Shown: positions 30,239 through 39,729, counted from the first letter of the stretch. The stretch: 64,000 nt of DNA from Psychrobacillus sp. (GCA_040274765.1 JBEMAY010000002.1:983-64982), one strand, 5' to 3'. Notes: generated from the sequence alone by a model not told the origin. Numbers and translations are program-made.

Positions 30239-31042
30239 TCATTTCAAACCTGACATTTGAATTCCCTCTGTAAAATATCGTTGGAAGAATAAGAAAATCA
30301 GAAAGGTTGGTATAAAGGATACTGCTGAACCAGCCATCTCTATCCCAAAGTTTCCTTCCTTCCCTAGCATAGAAGCCAAGCCGAGTGTCACTGGGAACAT
30401 TTTCTCCTGAGTTAAATAAATTAAAGGCTGGAATAAATCGTTCCAGTTTGAAATAAAGGCAAAAGTTCCAACTGTAGCAACTACTGGAATAGAGAGAGGT
30501 AAAATAACTTTAAAGAATATTTGTAAATCGTTAGCCCCGTCTATATATGCAGCCTCTTCTAAATCATTTGGTATTCCTTGTAAAAACTGTCTTACTAGAA
30601 AAACTCCCATAATCCCCCAAAGCTCTGGAACAATAAGTGCCCAATAAGTATTGATCCAACCAAAGTCAGAGAACATGATATATTTTGGAATGATTAACAA
30701 TTGTTGAGGAATCATAATAACCCCCATAAACACCCAAAAAATAACCTCTCTCCCAAAGAATTTCTTCTTTGCGAAAATATAACCTAAGATCGCACAGAAA
30801 ATCATCTGACTAGCTACGGGTATCACAGTAATAACAACTGAGTTAAAAATCCATCGGAGAAATTGTCCATCTCTCATAATATAAAAGTAGTTTTTTAGAG
30901 TTGGTTCATCTGGAATCCAAAAAAGCGGGTCTAATTGTGCGTACTCTACATTTTTAAAAGACCCTAAAATCATAATGATAAAGGGCATGAGAAAACAAAA
31001 CCCCAATATAAACAAAGCAATATAGGAAATTACCTTTTTCAA
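30239..31042 (-). CDS. Carbohydrate ABC transporter permease (MalG-like)
   Basis: EAA motif LEEAAYIDGA, WNDLFQPLI. Confidence 0.92.
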   Translation of the reverse strand: MKKVISYIALFILGFCFLMPFIIMILGSFKNVEYAQLDPLFWIPDEPTLKNYFYIMRDGQFLRWIFNSVVITVIPVASQMIFCAILGYIFAKKKFFGREVIFWVFMGVIMIPQQLLIIPKYIMFSDFGWINTYWALIVPELWGIMGVFLVRQFLQGIPNDLEEAAYIDGANDLQIFFKVILPLSIPVVATVGTFAFISNWNDLFQPLIYLTQEKMFPVTLGLASMLGKEGNFGIEMAGSAVSFIPTFLIFLFFQRYFTEGIQMSGLK

Positions 31043-31059
31043 AACATTTTCATCCCCTT

Positions 31060-32010
31060 CTAGTAGAGATTAGACTCTTTCCCTAAAAACCTTCTTTGCA
31101 AGAGCGAGATCATTAGGATGATGAAGAATAGCACATAAGAAAGTACTGCAGCATAGCTTAAATTTAGGCTAGTAAAGCCTTGATTGTATAAGTAATAAAC
31201 AATAGTGGTTGTTGCATAGTTTGGTCCTCCACCTGTTAGCAAGTAAGCTGAGTCAAAAATTTGGAACGACCCAATAGTAGTAGTAATCGCTACATAAAAA
31301 TGAATAGGCTTCAATAGAGGGAAAGTTACTTTCCAAAAGATTTTACTAGTCGATGCGCCATCCATTTTTGCTGCCTCATATAGTCCCTTGTCGATCGATT
31401 GAAGACCTGCAAAATAATAAATCATTGTGCTTCCCGCAACCTTAAAGACACTTAGTGCTGCTAAAACAGGTAAAGCCTGACTAGAATCGGATAAAAATAG
31501 CTGAGGCTCAATACCGATGAACCCTATTAGATAGTTAATCATCCCTTCTTCTGTCCCTCTGAATAGCCATCCCCATATACCGGCGATAATGACAAAAGAA
31601 GTGACAACAGGTAAAAAGAAAATTCCTTTAAAAAATCCGGCCATTTTTACGCCTGAATTAATGATCAAGGCTAGTATTAATCCCACTGCCATTGTAGGAA
31701 CTATATAGTAAACAGAAAACATCACCGTATTCCATAAGGCCTTCCACGCAATACTATCACTTAAAAAGTATTTCCAATGCTTTAACCCTACAAATTCCGG
31801 GTCACCAATTACCTTCCAATCCATAAATGTTAAGTAAAAGCTTAAAAGGAATGGGTACACTTGGAAAATAGCAAAATGTATTAAGATCGGAATAAGAAAA
31901 ATATAGACGATTGCATTACGATCCCACTGTCTTTTTAATCTAGCCCTTAGTGTCATTCCATTTTTCTTGGACACTAAAGGTTTACCTATTGTATTTACCA
32001 GTGTAAACAC
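31060..32010 (-). CDS. Carbohydrate ABC transporter permease (MalF-like)
   Basis: FVGLKHW, LYEAAKMDGA, TGGGP; exact start uncertain. Confidence 0.9.
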   Translation of the reverse strand: MFTLVNTIGKPLVSKKNGMTLRARLKRQWDRNAIVYIFLIPILIHFAIFQVYPFLLSFYLTFMDWKVIGDPEFVGLKHWKYFLSDSIAWKALWNTVMFSVYYIVPTMAVGLILALIINSGVKMAGFFKGIFFLPVVTSFVIIAGIWGWLFRGTEEGMINYLIGFIGIEPQLFLSDSSQALPVLAALSVFKVAGSTMIYYFAGLQSIDKGLYEAAKMDGASTSKIFWKVTFPLLKPIHFYVAITTTIGSFQIFDSAYLLTGGGPNYATTTIVYYLYNQGFTSLNLSYAAVLSYVLFFIILMISLLQRRFLGKESNLY

Positions 32011-32075
32011 CCTTTCATATGTAGATTAATCATATAGAGAGCTTGATCTGTCAAAGACCAAACTCCCTATTAGAT

Positions 32076-33338
32076 TTATTTTACTTTTCCTTTAATTGCT
32101 TCAGCTGCAGCATCAGCTGCCTCTTTTGGAGTTTTCTTGCCTTCCATCATCGTTTGAAGCTCTGCTTGAATCAATGGCATGATGTTGCGTCCCTCTGGGT
32201 GTATAACTCCTGGTAAAGCAAACTCTGTGTAAGTCGCTAATTGCGCTAAATATTTTTGCTCTTCAAAAATATCCTTTGCAGATTCACGGGTAGGAATATA
32301 CTGAGTAACCTGGTTAAACTTACGTTGGTTTTCAGCATTCGTCATCACTTTTACAAATTCAGCTGCTGCATCTGGATTTTCAGAGTTGATAGGCACTACG
32401 AACATACCTGTAGTTCCATACGTAACTTGTTTTTTGTTCTTTAAAGGCGGTGCAATAACAAATTCAAATGTTTCTTTACTTAACATACGGCTAATAGATG
32501 CTCCCGACCCTTGAACAGACAGCAGTTTACCGCTATCCCATAAAGCATCGTGTTCTAACGCTGTGATTGAATCCTTTGGAATCCACTCGTTTTTATACAT
32601 TTTATTTATAAATTCGAATGCTTCCACTCCAGCATCGCTGTTAATTTTTACTTCATTGTCCGCTGTAAGTACTTCCCCACCTGCTTGCCAAAGGTAAGGA
32701 TATAAAGTACCGTTCATAGAACCTCCACCTTGGAAGCTAGATGCGTAATACCCCTTTGCTTTCGCTTTTTCTGCCCATTTCTCAAATTCTTCCCATGTTG
32801 TTGGGAGTTTCGATGGATCTTCACCGATTTCCTTGATGATGTCAACATTGTAAAGGAAGGTATAAGCTTCTTGAAGTATAGGTAAGCCATATACTTTATC
32901 CTTCCATGTAGTTGAAACTAGTGCACTATCAACGAAATCTTCCATATCATTGTCCTTTAGATATGGACTAAGATCCGTTAACATCCCTGCTTCTGCATAT
33001 TGTGGCATTTGGTCAGGGATAGCATAAAATACATCTGGTCCATTGTTAGCTGCTAAAGCAGTTAAAACCTTTTGGTCACGATTTGCCCAAGGAATTTGTT
33101 CAAAGTTAACCTTTACTCCTGTAGCCTCTTCATACGAAGCAATAATTTCATCCCACATTTTTCCTTCTACTTCCTGATCTCCTGTATACGGATGTGCCCA
33201 AACAGTTATTTCTCCTGAAAAACCGTCTTTTCCGGCTTCACCAGATGTTGCTATTTTTTCTCCTGCCTCCTCATCACTACAAGCTACCATTAACGCGCTA
33301 AATACCAACAATAGTAAAAAGAACCACAACTTTTTCAT
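32076..33338 (-). CDS. Sugar ABC transporter substrate-binding lipoprotein
   Basis: Lipobox LMVAC, GPDVF, YGLP, YNVD, PTTWEEF. Confidence 0.92.
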   Translation of the reverse strand: MKKLWFFLLLLVFSALMVACSDEEAGEKIATSGEAGKDGFSGEITVWAHPYTGDQEVEGKMWDEIIASYEEATGVKVNFEQIPWANRDQKVLTALAANNGPDVFYAIPDQMPQYAEAGMLTDLSPYLKDNDMEDFVDSALVSTTWKDKVYGLPILQEAYTFLYNVDIIKEIGEDPSKLPTTWEEFEKWAEKAKAKGYYASSFQGGGSMNGTLYPYLWQAGGEVLTADNEVKINSDAGVEAFEFINKMYKNEWIPKDSITALEHDALWDSGKLLSVQGSGASISRMLSKETFEFVIAPPLKNKKQVTYGTTGMFVVPINSENPDAAAEFVKVMTNAENQRKFNQVTQYIPTRESAKDIFEEQKYLAQLATYTEFALPGVIHPEGRNIMPLIQAELQTMMEGKKTPKEAADAAAEAIKGKVK

Positions 33339-33495
33339 TTATTTACCCCTTCCCCTTTTTAAAATACTTATATTGGATTTACAACTGTTGCTTAATTACT
33401 AAATCCCTCCTTCTAGTAATCCACTCTTGGTCGTTCTTTCTCTGTAACCCCTAACAGTCAAAGATATAAATTGTAAAAAATTCAAGTATGTTTTA

Positions 33496-33509
33496 GGTAA
33501 GCGCTACCA
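33496..33509 (-). promoter_or_regulatory. cre / LacI-family operator
   Basis: Minus strand TGGTAGCGCTTACC resembles the CcpA consensus; lies between the predicted promoter and the SBP start. Confidence 0.65.
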
Positions 33510-33589
33510 AAGTAAAATTATAAAACTATTTACTTTCTGAATTACCTAAAATATACTGAAATTACAAAATAATAAGTTAACTTTCACTT

Positions 33590-33640
33590 ATCTTATATGA
33601 TTAACAATAAAGAGACAATGTCTATAAATAGTCTTTAATT
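33590..33640 (-). promoter_or_regulatory. SigA-type promoter with upstream activator motif for the sugar operon
   Basis: Minus strand TTGTCT-N17-TAAGAT; the -35 overlaps the motif AATTAAAGAC-N8-GACATTGT. Confidence 0.55.
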
Positions 33641-33666
33641 AATAGACTTCTGTTTGAGAGGAGAAA

Positions 33667-34341
33667 ATGACGGTGAATTGGGATAATTTTAATAAAGTTG
33701 CATACTGGATGTTGTCACTAATTTACTTGAATTTATTGTGGATTATTTTCACAGCTTTAGGGTTAGGAATATTAGGTTTATTTCCTTCTACGGTCGCATT
33801 ATTTGGAGTTGTAAGATTAATGATTATCAAAGAGAGTCCAGAACCACTTAAAGTCTTTCAATCTTTTTGGAGAATCTTTAAAAAAGATTTTTGGAGAGCA
33901 AACTCCTTTGGATTATTTTTTACTTTCATCTGTTATTTTTTAATTTTTGACTTTCAATTTGTTCAATTAAGTAATGGCGAATTTAATTTTTTATTACCTG
34001 CTCTATTTTTTATACTAATCTCTAGTATACTTACACTACTATTTTTCTTTCCTGTTTATGTTCATTTTGAACTAAAATACTTTCAGTACATAAAACAATC
34101 TTTTTTAATTGCTATTACTTCTCCCCTGGAGCTTTTAGGCATCTTAGCAAGCACATTAGCCATGTACTTTTTTCTACTATTTTTACCTGGAGCCATACCA
34201 CTTTTCTCAGGAAGTTTGCTAGCTTATGCAATAACTGTATTAAGCTTTAGAGCTTTTAAAAGAATTGAGCAGAAACAACAAGTACAACGAGGAAAACCAT
34301 TGAATAGTAATGACAGATTAGTTGATGGACTGAAGTCTTAA
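33667..34341 (+). CDS. YesL/DUF624 family membrane protein
   Basis: LNLLWIIFTALGLGILGLFPSTVALF, FKKDFWRAN; typical of sugar ABC clusters. Confidence 0.85.
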   Translation: MTVNWDNFNKVAYWMLSLIYLNLLWIIFTALGLGILGLFPSTVALFGVVRLMIIKESPEPLKVFQSFWRIFKKDFWRANSFGLFFTFICYFLIFDFQFVQLSNGEFNFLLPALFFILISSILTLLFFFPVYVHFELKYFQYIKQSFLIAITSPLELLGILASTLAMYFFLLFLPGAIPLFSGSLLAYAITVLSFRAFKRIEQKQQVQRGKPLNSNDRLVDGLKS

Positions 34342-34343
34342 AA

Positions 34344-34385
34344 AAAGAGAGCAGGATCTATTTTTTAGATCCGGCTCTCTTCTTT
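34344..34385. terminator. Bidirectional terminator
   Basis: AAGAGAGCAGGATCTA...TAGATCCGGCTCTCTT hairpin between convergent genes. Confidence 0.7.
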
Positions 34386-34393
34386 GTTGTAAT

Positions 34394-35623
34394 TTATTTT
34401 ATCTTTCCTTCAATAGCTTTTGCTGCTGCATCTGCCGCTTCTTTAGGAGTTTTCTTACCTTCTAGCATGGTTTGAAGCTCTGCCTGTATCAACGGCATAA
34501 TATTACGTCCTTCTGGATGAATGACTCCTGACTGTGTAAACTCCGTGTAAGAAGCTAATTGGGCAAGATATTTTTGATCGTCATAAATATCTTTTGCTGA
34601 CTCTCTAGTAGGAATGAATTGAGTTTCTCTATTAAATTTCCGTTGGTTTTCAGCACTTGTAATTACTTTAATAAACTCTGCAGCTGCATCTTTGTTATCT
34701 GAATTTACCGGAACAACAAACATGCCAGTAGTACCATAGGTAGCCTGTTTTTTATTCTTTAAGGGGGGAGCAATGACAAATTCAAAGGTCTCTTTTTCTA
34801 GCATTCTACTTACAGACTTTCCTGCTCCTTGAATAGATAGCAGCTTTCCGCTATCCCATAAGGCATCATGGTCTAAGGCAGTGATCGAATCCTGCGGAAT
34901 CCAACCATTGCTATATAATTTGTTAATAAATTCAAATGCCTCTACGCCGCTTTCATTATTAATCAATACCTTATTATCCTCTGTTAGTATTTCACCGCCA
35001 GCCTGCCATAAATAAGGATAGAGAGTACCATTCATCGAGCCTCCGCCTTGGAAGCTAGAAGCATAGTAACCTTTTTCTTTAGCTTTTGCTGCCCATACTT
35101 CGAACTCCTCCCACGTAGTTGGGAGCTTGGAAGGATCTTCTCCAATTGCTTTCACAACTTCAACGTTGTACATGAAGGTTTCGACTGATTGTAAAATCGG
35201 CACACCATACATTTTTCCCTTCCACTTAGTTGGAACGAGGGAGCTTTCCACAAAATCATCCATATCGTTGTTCTTCATGTAAGGGCTAAGATCAACTAGC
35301 ATCCCCGCTTCCGCATATTGAGGCATTTGGTCAGGGATGGCATAAAATACATCTGGTCCATTATTTGCTGCAAGTGCAGTCAATATTTTTTGGTCGCGAT
35401 TAGCCCATGGGATTTGTTGGAAGTTAACCTTCACACCAGAAGTATCTTCATAAGAGGCAATTAACTCCTTCCACATTTCCCCTTCCTTTTCTTGATTGTC
35501 CGTGTACGGATGAGCCCATACAGTTATTTCTCCTTTACTTTGAGAATCCGTTGTTCCAGCCTCATCACTACAACCGACCATCAGTAAACCATTTAACAGC
35601 AATAAAAATAATAACTTTTTCAA
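34394..35623 (-). CDS. Sugar ABC transporter substrate-binding lipoprotein (close paralog of 32076..33338)
   Basis: Lipobox LMVGC; long identical blocks such as LTALAANNGPDVFYAIPDQMPQYAEAGML; TTG start. Confidence 0.92.
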   Translation of the reverse strand: MKKLLFLLLLNGLLMVGCSDEAGTTDSQSKGEITVWAHPYTDNQEKEGEMWKELIASYEDTSGVKVNFQQIPWANRDQKILTALAANNGPDVFYAIPDQMPQYAEAGMLVDLSPYMKNNDMDDFVESSLVPTKWKGKMYGVPILQSVETFMYNVEVVKAIGEDPSKLPTTWEEFEVWAAKAKEKGYYASSFQGGGSMNGTLYPYLWQAGGEILTEDNKVLINNESGVEAFEFINKLYSNGWIPQDSITALDHDALWDSGKLLSIQGAGKSVSRMLEKETFEFVIAPPLKNKKQATYGTTGMFVVPVNSDNKDAAAEFIKVITSAENQRKFNRETQFIPTRESAKDIYDDQKYLAQLASYTEFTQSGVIHPEGRNIMPLIQAELQTMLEGKKTPKEAADAAAKAIEGKIK

Positions 35624-35765
35624 TTGGACCTTCCCCTTCCATTTGTATTGTAGTTACCTATACCATCCCGATTTATCCTCCATTTCACCCCTTCCAAATT
35701 CATAGAAATATTACTTTAAATCCACTTTTCCACAAGTGCGTTAAATTACATTTTCTGGATACTTA

Positions 35766-35816
35766 ATAGTATATGACTTACATGTAAGACACAATGTCGT
35801 AATTTCGTCTGTAATT
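35766..35816 (-). promoter_or_regulatory. SigA-type promoter with the same upstream activator motif
   Basis: Minus strand TTGTGT-N17-TACTAT; the -35 overlaps AATTACAGAC-N8-GACATTGT. Confidence 0.55.
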
Positions 35817-35947
35817 TTCTACTTCGCTAGCTTCCCTTTCATTTCATTAATAAGCTTCATCATGTTGTTTAATTTTCATATATGTTGTAAGATTCATTAG
35901 TTATATTAAAATAAGAATCTTTCAACATAAGGCTTGGTGAATAATAG

Positions 35948-36865
35948 ATGAATACAAAAGCTTTTTTTCTCGCAATTATGTCTGTAGCTATCTGGGGATC
36001 TTCTTTTGCTGCCATTAGTGCTAGCTTAAATGGAGGCTATCCTCCAGGTCACTTATCCCTGATAAGATTTTTAATAGCCTCTCTGATTTTCATAGTGATT
36101 GCAATCCGGCCAGGAAGTAAATTTAAGCTACCTGAGAAAAGCGACCTATGGAAAATATTAATTTTAGGTTGGATTGGCATTAGCCTCTATCATGTTTGTG
36201 TGACATTTGGACAAATGACCATTTCTGCAGGTACCGCCGGCATGCTAATCGGTTCTGCTCCTATTGTCACCACTGTGATGGCTGTAATTATATTAAACGA
36301 ACGATTAGGAAAAGTTGGATGGGTTGGATTAGGGTTTGGCTTTGTTGGAATAATACTTATCGCTTTAGGGACTGGAGATTCCTCCTTTGATATCTCTCCA
36401 GGAGTATTCCTAGTGCTAACGGCAGCCATTGCTACGTCTATTTTTTTCGTGTATCAAAAGCCTTTATTTAAAATATATAGCGCTATTGAGCTTACTGCTT
36501 ACTTTACTTGGGCTGGTACTATACCATTTCTCTTTTTTTCACCTGGACTATTCAATACTCTTCAAAACGCAACTGTAGAAGCAAATCTATCTGCGATATA
36601 CATTGGTATATTCCCTACAGCATTAGCCTACCTCACTTGGGCAATAGCGTTGTCTAACACCAATGCCAGCTCTATTTCCAATACATTATACGCAGAGCCA
36701 GTTGTTGCTATAATTATTACTTGGATTTGGCTTCATGAGCTTCCTTCTCCACTTTCTATTGTTGGTGGGACCATTGCAATAAGCAGCTTGTTACTCGTTA
36801 ACTTGTATGGAAAGAAACAGCGGCTGACATTAAAGCAAGAAAACACAGCCAAAAATCACATATGA
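35948..36865 (+). CDS. DMT/EamA family transporter
   Basis: IWGSSF, LIRFLIA, ILNERL, YIGIFPTALAY; about 10 TM. Confidence 0.9.
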   Translation: MNTKAFFLAIMSVAIWGSSFAAISASLNGGYPPGHLSLIRFLIASLIFIVIAIRPGSKFKLPEKSDLWKILILGWIGISLYHVCVTFGQMTISAGTAGMLIGSAPIVTTVMAVIILNERLGKVGWVGLGFGFVGIILIALGTGDSSFDISPGVFLVLTAAIATSIFFVYQKPLFKIYSAIELTAYFTWAGTIPFLFFSPGLFNTLQNATVEANLSAIYIGIFPTALAYLTWAIALSNTNASSISNTLYAEPVVAIIITWIWLHELPSPLSIVGGTIAISSLLLVNLYGKKQRLTLKQENTAKNHI

Positions 36866-36891
36866 AAAAAGGTACCCATGAGACTATGTCT

Positions 36892-37122
36892 TCATTTGGG
36901 TACCTTTTTACTTTTGTCTATACGATGGTATTCAGACAGTTGGGTTACACGAACATTCTTCGTATTCAATTCATGGTAGATGCCTCTACTATCCCAAAAG
37001 GAAATAAACTGGTCCCTTTCATTTCGGATCAGACTTTCCGCTTCCTCCGAGGATTCCAAGTGAATAAACCTTCTTATATAGTGGTTTTCATCAAAGAAGT
37101 AAGTGATCTTAAATTCTTTCAT
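36892..37122 (-). CDS. Small hypothetical protein
   Basis: RBS AGGAG; starts 10 nt after the cypC stop; plausible composition. Confidence 0.65.
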   Translation of the reverse strand: MKEFKITYFFDENHYIRRFIHLESSEEAESLIRNERDQFISFWDSRGIYHELNTKNVRVTQLSEYHRIDKSKKVPK

Positions 37123-37132
37123 TTTTCGTCTC

Positions 37133-38392
37133 CTATTGTTGCTTGGTTTTTACATTGGCTATTATAACCTTACTATGTGGAAGACTCGGGATACTTACCA
37201 TGCTATAGCTTAAATCCTGATTTGGAAGGTCGTAATCTAGCTTATTTGCAAGATACTGTAGGCTCACCTTCATTACTTCAATAGTTACCCATTCTCCTGC
37301 ACAACGATGCCCCATATTAAAGTCTCCGCCACCTTGAGGTATAAAGCTAAATGGGCTCTCGTTCCACTGTGCAAATCGTTCTGGATTAAAAATTTCTGGG
37401 TTGTCCCATAGATGTGAATCATGGTTGGTTCCATACAAGTCTAATAACGTTAAGGTTCCTTCTTCAAATTTAAAATCGTTCCAAATAAAGTCTTTTTTCA
37501 CTCTCGCGATTGTCGCGGGAAAAAAAGGATAAAATCTTCTGACCTCCTGTACAAACATTTGAAGGAATTCCTCTCCATTTTTAAGTCTTGGCTTATTTTC
37601 TGGGTATTGATGAACGGCTAATCCAGTAAAGGTAATATACACGGAGATTGCTACGATCGGTCTAATAATATTCAGCACTTCTACAGCAACTATTTCTTTG
37701 TCTAATAGCTTGCCATCTACATCCTTATGAAAAGAAAAATTATAGAGAGCAGTACCTTTTGGTGGCAGTAGCTCTTCTTTTCTAACTTGTTCCACTAGTT
37801 CTACAATCCAGTCCTCTAATTCTTTTCTGGCATGTCTGCCCATCCAATGTTCTGGTCCTAACGCAGACGCGGACTCAAATAATTTAGTCAGTTGCTCTGT
37901 GCGTTTTTTTACTTCATCAGTCTTTAAAGGGACACCAGCCCATTCACATGCCAGTTTACATAGCAGTTCTCGGGATTCATCATATAGAACGACTTGATCT
38001 TTCTGTTCCCATTCTTTACTTTTCATGTCCCAATACTTCTCCGTCAAATGATTTAAGCGTTGCAGATGAGGATGGGTCATAATAGACATGAACATACCTT
38101 TCCTATTTCTATGTTCCTCCTCGTCCAATCCTTGAACTCCGCCTACTCCAAATAGTGTCTTTTGAAGTCTTTTTGGAGCTGCTCCCGTTCTTATGAACTT
38201 ATCGTTATCATAGAAAAGCTTAGCTGCCTCTTCGCCACCCATACAGATTGCCTTCTGCCCCAGCAGTCTTGTTTCAAAGATATTAGATGCAAAGCTTTTA
38301 CGTCTATTCGCTAAAAACATATACCCTTCACGTAACAATGTGAGACTATGATCTAGACCCTCTTCCTTTGGCATCTGCCTTGAATTAGTCAT
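37133..38392 (-). CDS. cypC: Cytochrome P450 CYP152 fatty-acid peroxygenase
   Basis: NIIRPIVAI (catalytic Arg-Pro), [15 protein letters not shown], heme ligand GHRCAGEW. Confidence 0.92.
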   Translation of the reverse strand: MTNSRQMPKEEGLDHSLTLLREGYMFLANRRKSFASNIFETRLLGQKAICMGGEEAAKLFYDNDKFIRTGAAPKRLQKTLFGVGGVQGLDEEEHRNRKGMFMSIMTHPHLQRLNHLTEKYWDMKSKEWEQKDQVVLYDESRELLCKLACEWAGVPLKTDEVKKRTEQLTKLFESASALGPEHWMGRHARKELEDWIVELVEQVRKEELLPPKGTALYNFSFHKDVDGKLLDKEIVAVEVLNIIRPIVAISVYITFTGLAVHQYPENKPRLKNGEEFLQMFVQEVRRFYPFFPATIARVKKDFIWNDFKFEEGTLTLLDLYGTNHDSHLWDNPEIFNPERFAQWNESPFSFIPQGGGDFNMGHRCAGEWVTIEVMKVSLQYLANKLDYDLPNQDLSYSMVSIPSLPHSKVIIANVKTKQQ

Positions 38393-38430
38393 TTAACCAT
38401 CTCCTTATTTGCTTCTATTGTTTGTTTACT

Positions 38431-38455
38431 TTTCCCTTTTTAATCTGGTTAAAAC
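38431..38455 (-). promoter_or_regulatory. SigB-type promoter for cypC
   Basis: Minus strand GTTTTA-N13-GGGAAA; cypC belongs to the B. subtilis general stress regulon. Confidence 0.55.
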
Positions 38456-38879
38456 AAGAAAAGCGCAATCGCCTGTCACTGCCCCGACAGGCAAATGGGG
38501 AAATGCGAGGAGGCAGGTCCTCAGCCACCGGAGCTTTTATCCATTTGACCCCGAGGGGCAAGGCGATGGAGCTAGACACCAAGAAAAGCGCAATCGCCTA
38601 TCTCTGCCCCGATAGGCAAATGGGAAAAAGCGAGGAGGCAGCTCCTCAGTCACCGGAGCTTTTATTCATTTGACCCGAGGGGCAAGGCGATGGAGCTAGA
38701 CACCACTTAAAAGCGCAATCGCCTATCTCTGCCCCGACAGGCAAATGGAGAAAAGCGAGGAGGCAGCTCCTCAGCCACCGGAGCTTTTATCCATTTGACC
38801 CGAGGGGCAAGGCGATGGAGCTAGACACCAAGAAAAGCGCAATCGCCTATCTCTGCCTCGATAGGCAAATGGAGAAAAG
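38455..38879. repeat. Tandem array of ~3.4 copies of a 124-125-bp GC-rich palindromic extragenic element (REP/MITE-like)
   Basis: AAAAGCGCAATCGCCT starts at 38459, 38584, 38709 and 38833; full units end GGCAAGGCGATGGAGCTAGACA; nested inverted repeats inside each unit. Confidence 0.92.
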
Positions 38880-38996
38880 TGGTTCAGAACTTTATAATTT
38901 CCTAAACAACTAGAAAAGCCGTTATACTTATCTTTTATTATTAAGAAAAGCATATGATAGAATGTATTTACTACAAGAAGGAAGGAAGAAGCTACT

Positions 38997-39626
38997 ATGA
39001 AGTCACCTTTTACATATAAATATATAGCCCCGACCACTAAAGGAAATGACCAGCCCTCTCTTTTTTTATTTCATGGCATGGGCAGTAACGAAGAGGATTT
39101 GCTCCAGCTTGTAAAAGAATTTCAGGGAAGCCATCATATATTTAGTTTGCGTGGACCAATTATATTTAACCCTGGATATGCATTTTTTACGAGTGAGGAA
39201 GAGGGAATCCCAGATAGACAGGTTTTTGATAAGGTAGTAACGTACCTTCACCAATTTATTGCAGAGGCTATACAGGAATACAACCTAGACCAAAGTAAAA
39301 TCAGCTTAATTGGCTTTAGTCAAGGTGCTGTATTGGCACAAACATTGGCTTTAACAATGGGTAGTTTGATTAAAGGAGTTGCCGCATTAAGTGGTTATTT
39401 ACCTGATTTTGTAAAAGAGGAATATAGAAAACATCCTGTCGATCATCTGAAAATGTTTATTTCTCATGGGGAATACGATTATGTGGTTCCTTCCCATTGG
39501 GGATTAGAAAGTAAAAATTATTTTGAGGGACTCGAAGCTCATGTTACTTTTAAAACATATGAGGACGGCCATGGAGTTGTTCCGGAAAATCAGCTTGATT
39601 TAGTTAATTTTCTAAAACAATTGTAA
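38997..39626 (+). CDS. Phospholipase/carboxylesterase-type alpha/beta hydrolase
   Basis: LFHGMGSNE, GFSQGA, HGEYDYVV, GHGV. Confidence 0.88.
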   Translation: MKSPFTYKYIAPTTKGNDQPSLFLFHGMGSNEEDLLQLVKEFQGSHHIFSLRGPIIFNPGYAFFTSEEEGIPDRQVFDKVVTYLHQFIAEAIQEYNLDQSKISLIGFSQGAVLAQTLALTMGSLIKGVAALSGYLPDFVKEEYRKHPVDHLKMFISHGEYDYVVPSHWGLESKNYFEGLEAHVTFKTYEDGHGVVPENQLDLVNFLKQL

Positions 39627-39673
39627 AATTATCAAGTTCAATTGAAGGAAGAGAATGAAATTTATTCTTATTT

Positions 39674-39715
39674 AAAATGTTTGAGGAGATACTATATCTT
39701 CCTCAAACATTTTTT
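39674..39715. terminator. Bidirectional terminator
   Basis: AAAATGTTTGAGGA...TCCTCAAACATTTT. Confidence 0.75.
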
Positions 39716-39729
39716 GATAATATATATTT

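Noticed and set aside
36862-37167. Plus-strand 101-aa ORF overlapping the EamA stop
   Set aside because: It fully overlaps the minus-strand 76-aa ORF, which has a clear RBS and operon position, and it also overlaps the cypC 3' end.
38455-38879. CRISPR array
   Set aside because: Units are near-identical over their whole 125 bp, with no unique spacers and no cas genes.
38409-39037. ORFs 38409..38615, 38422..38673 and 38771..39037
   Set aside because: They are read-throughs of the GC-rich repeat, with no convincing RBS or protein features.
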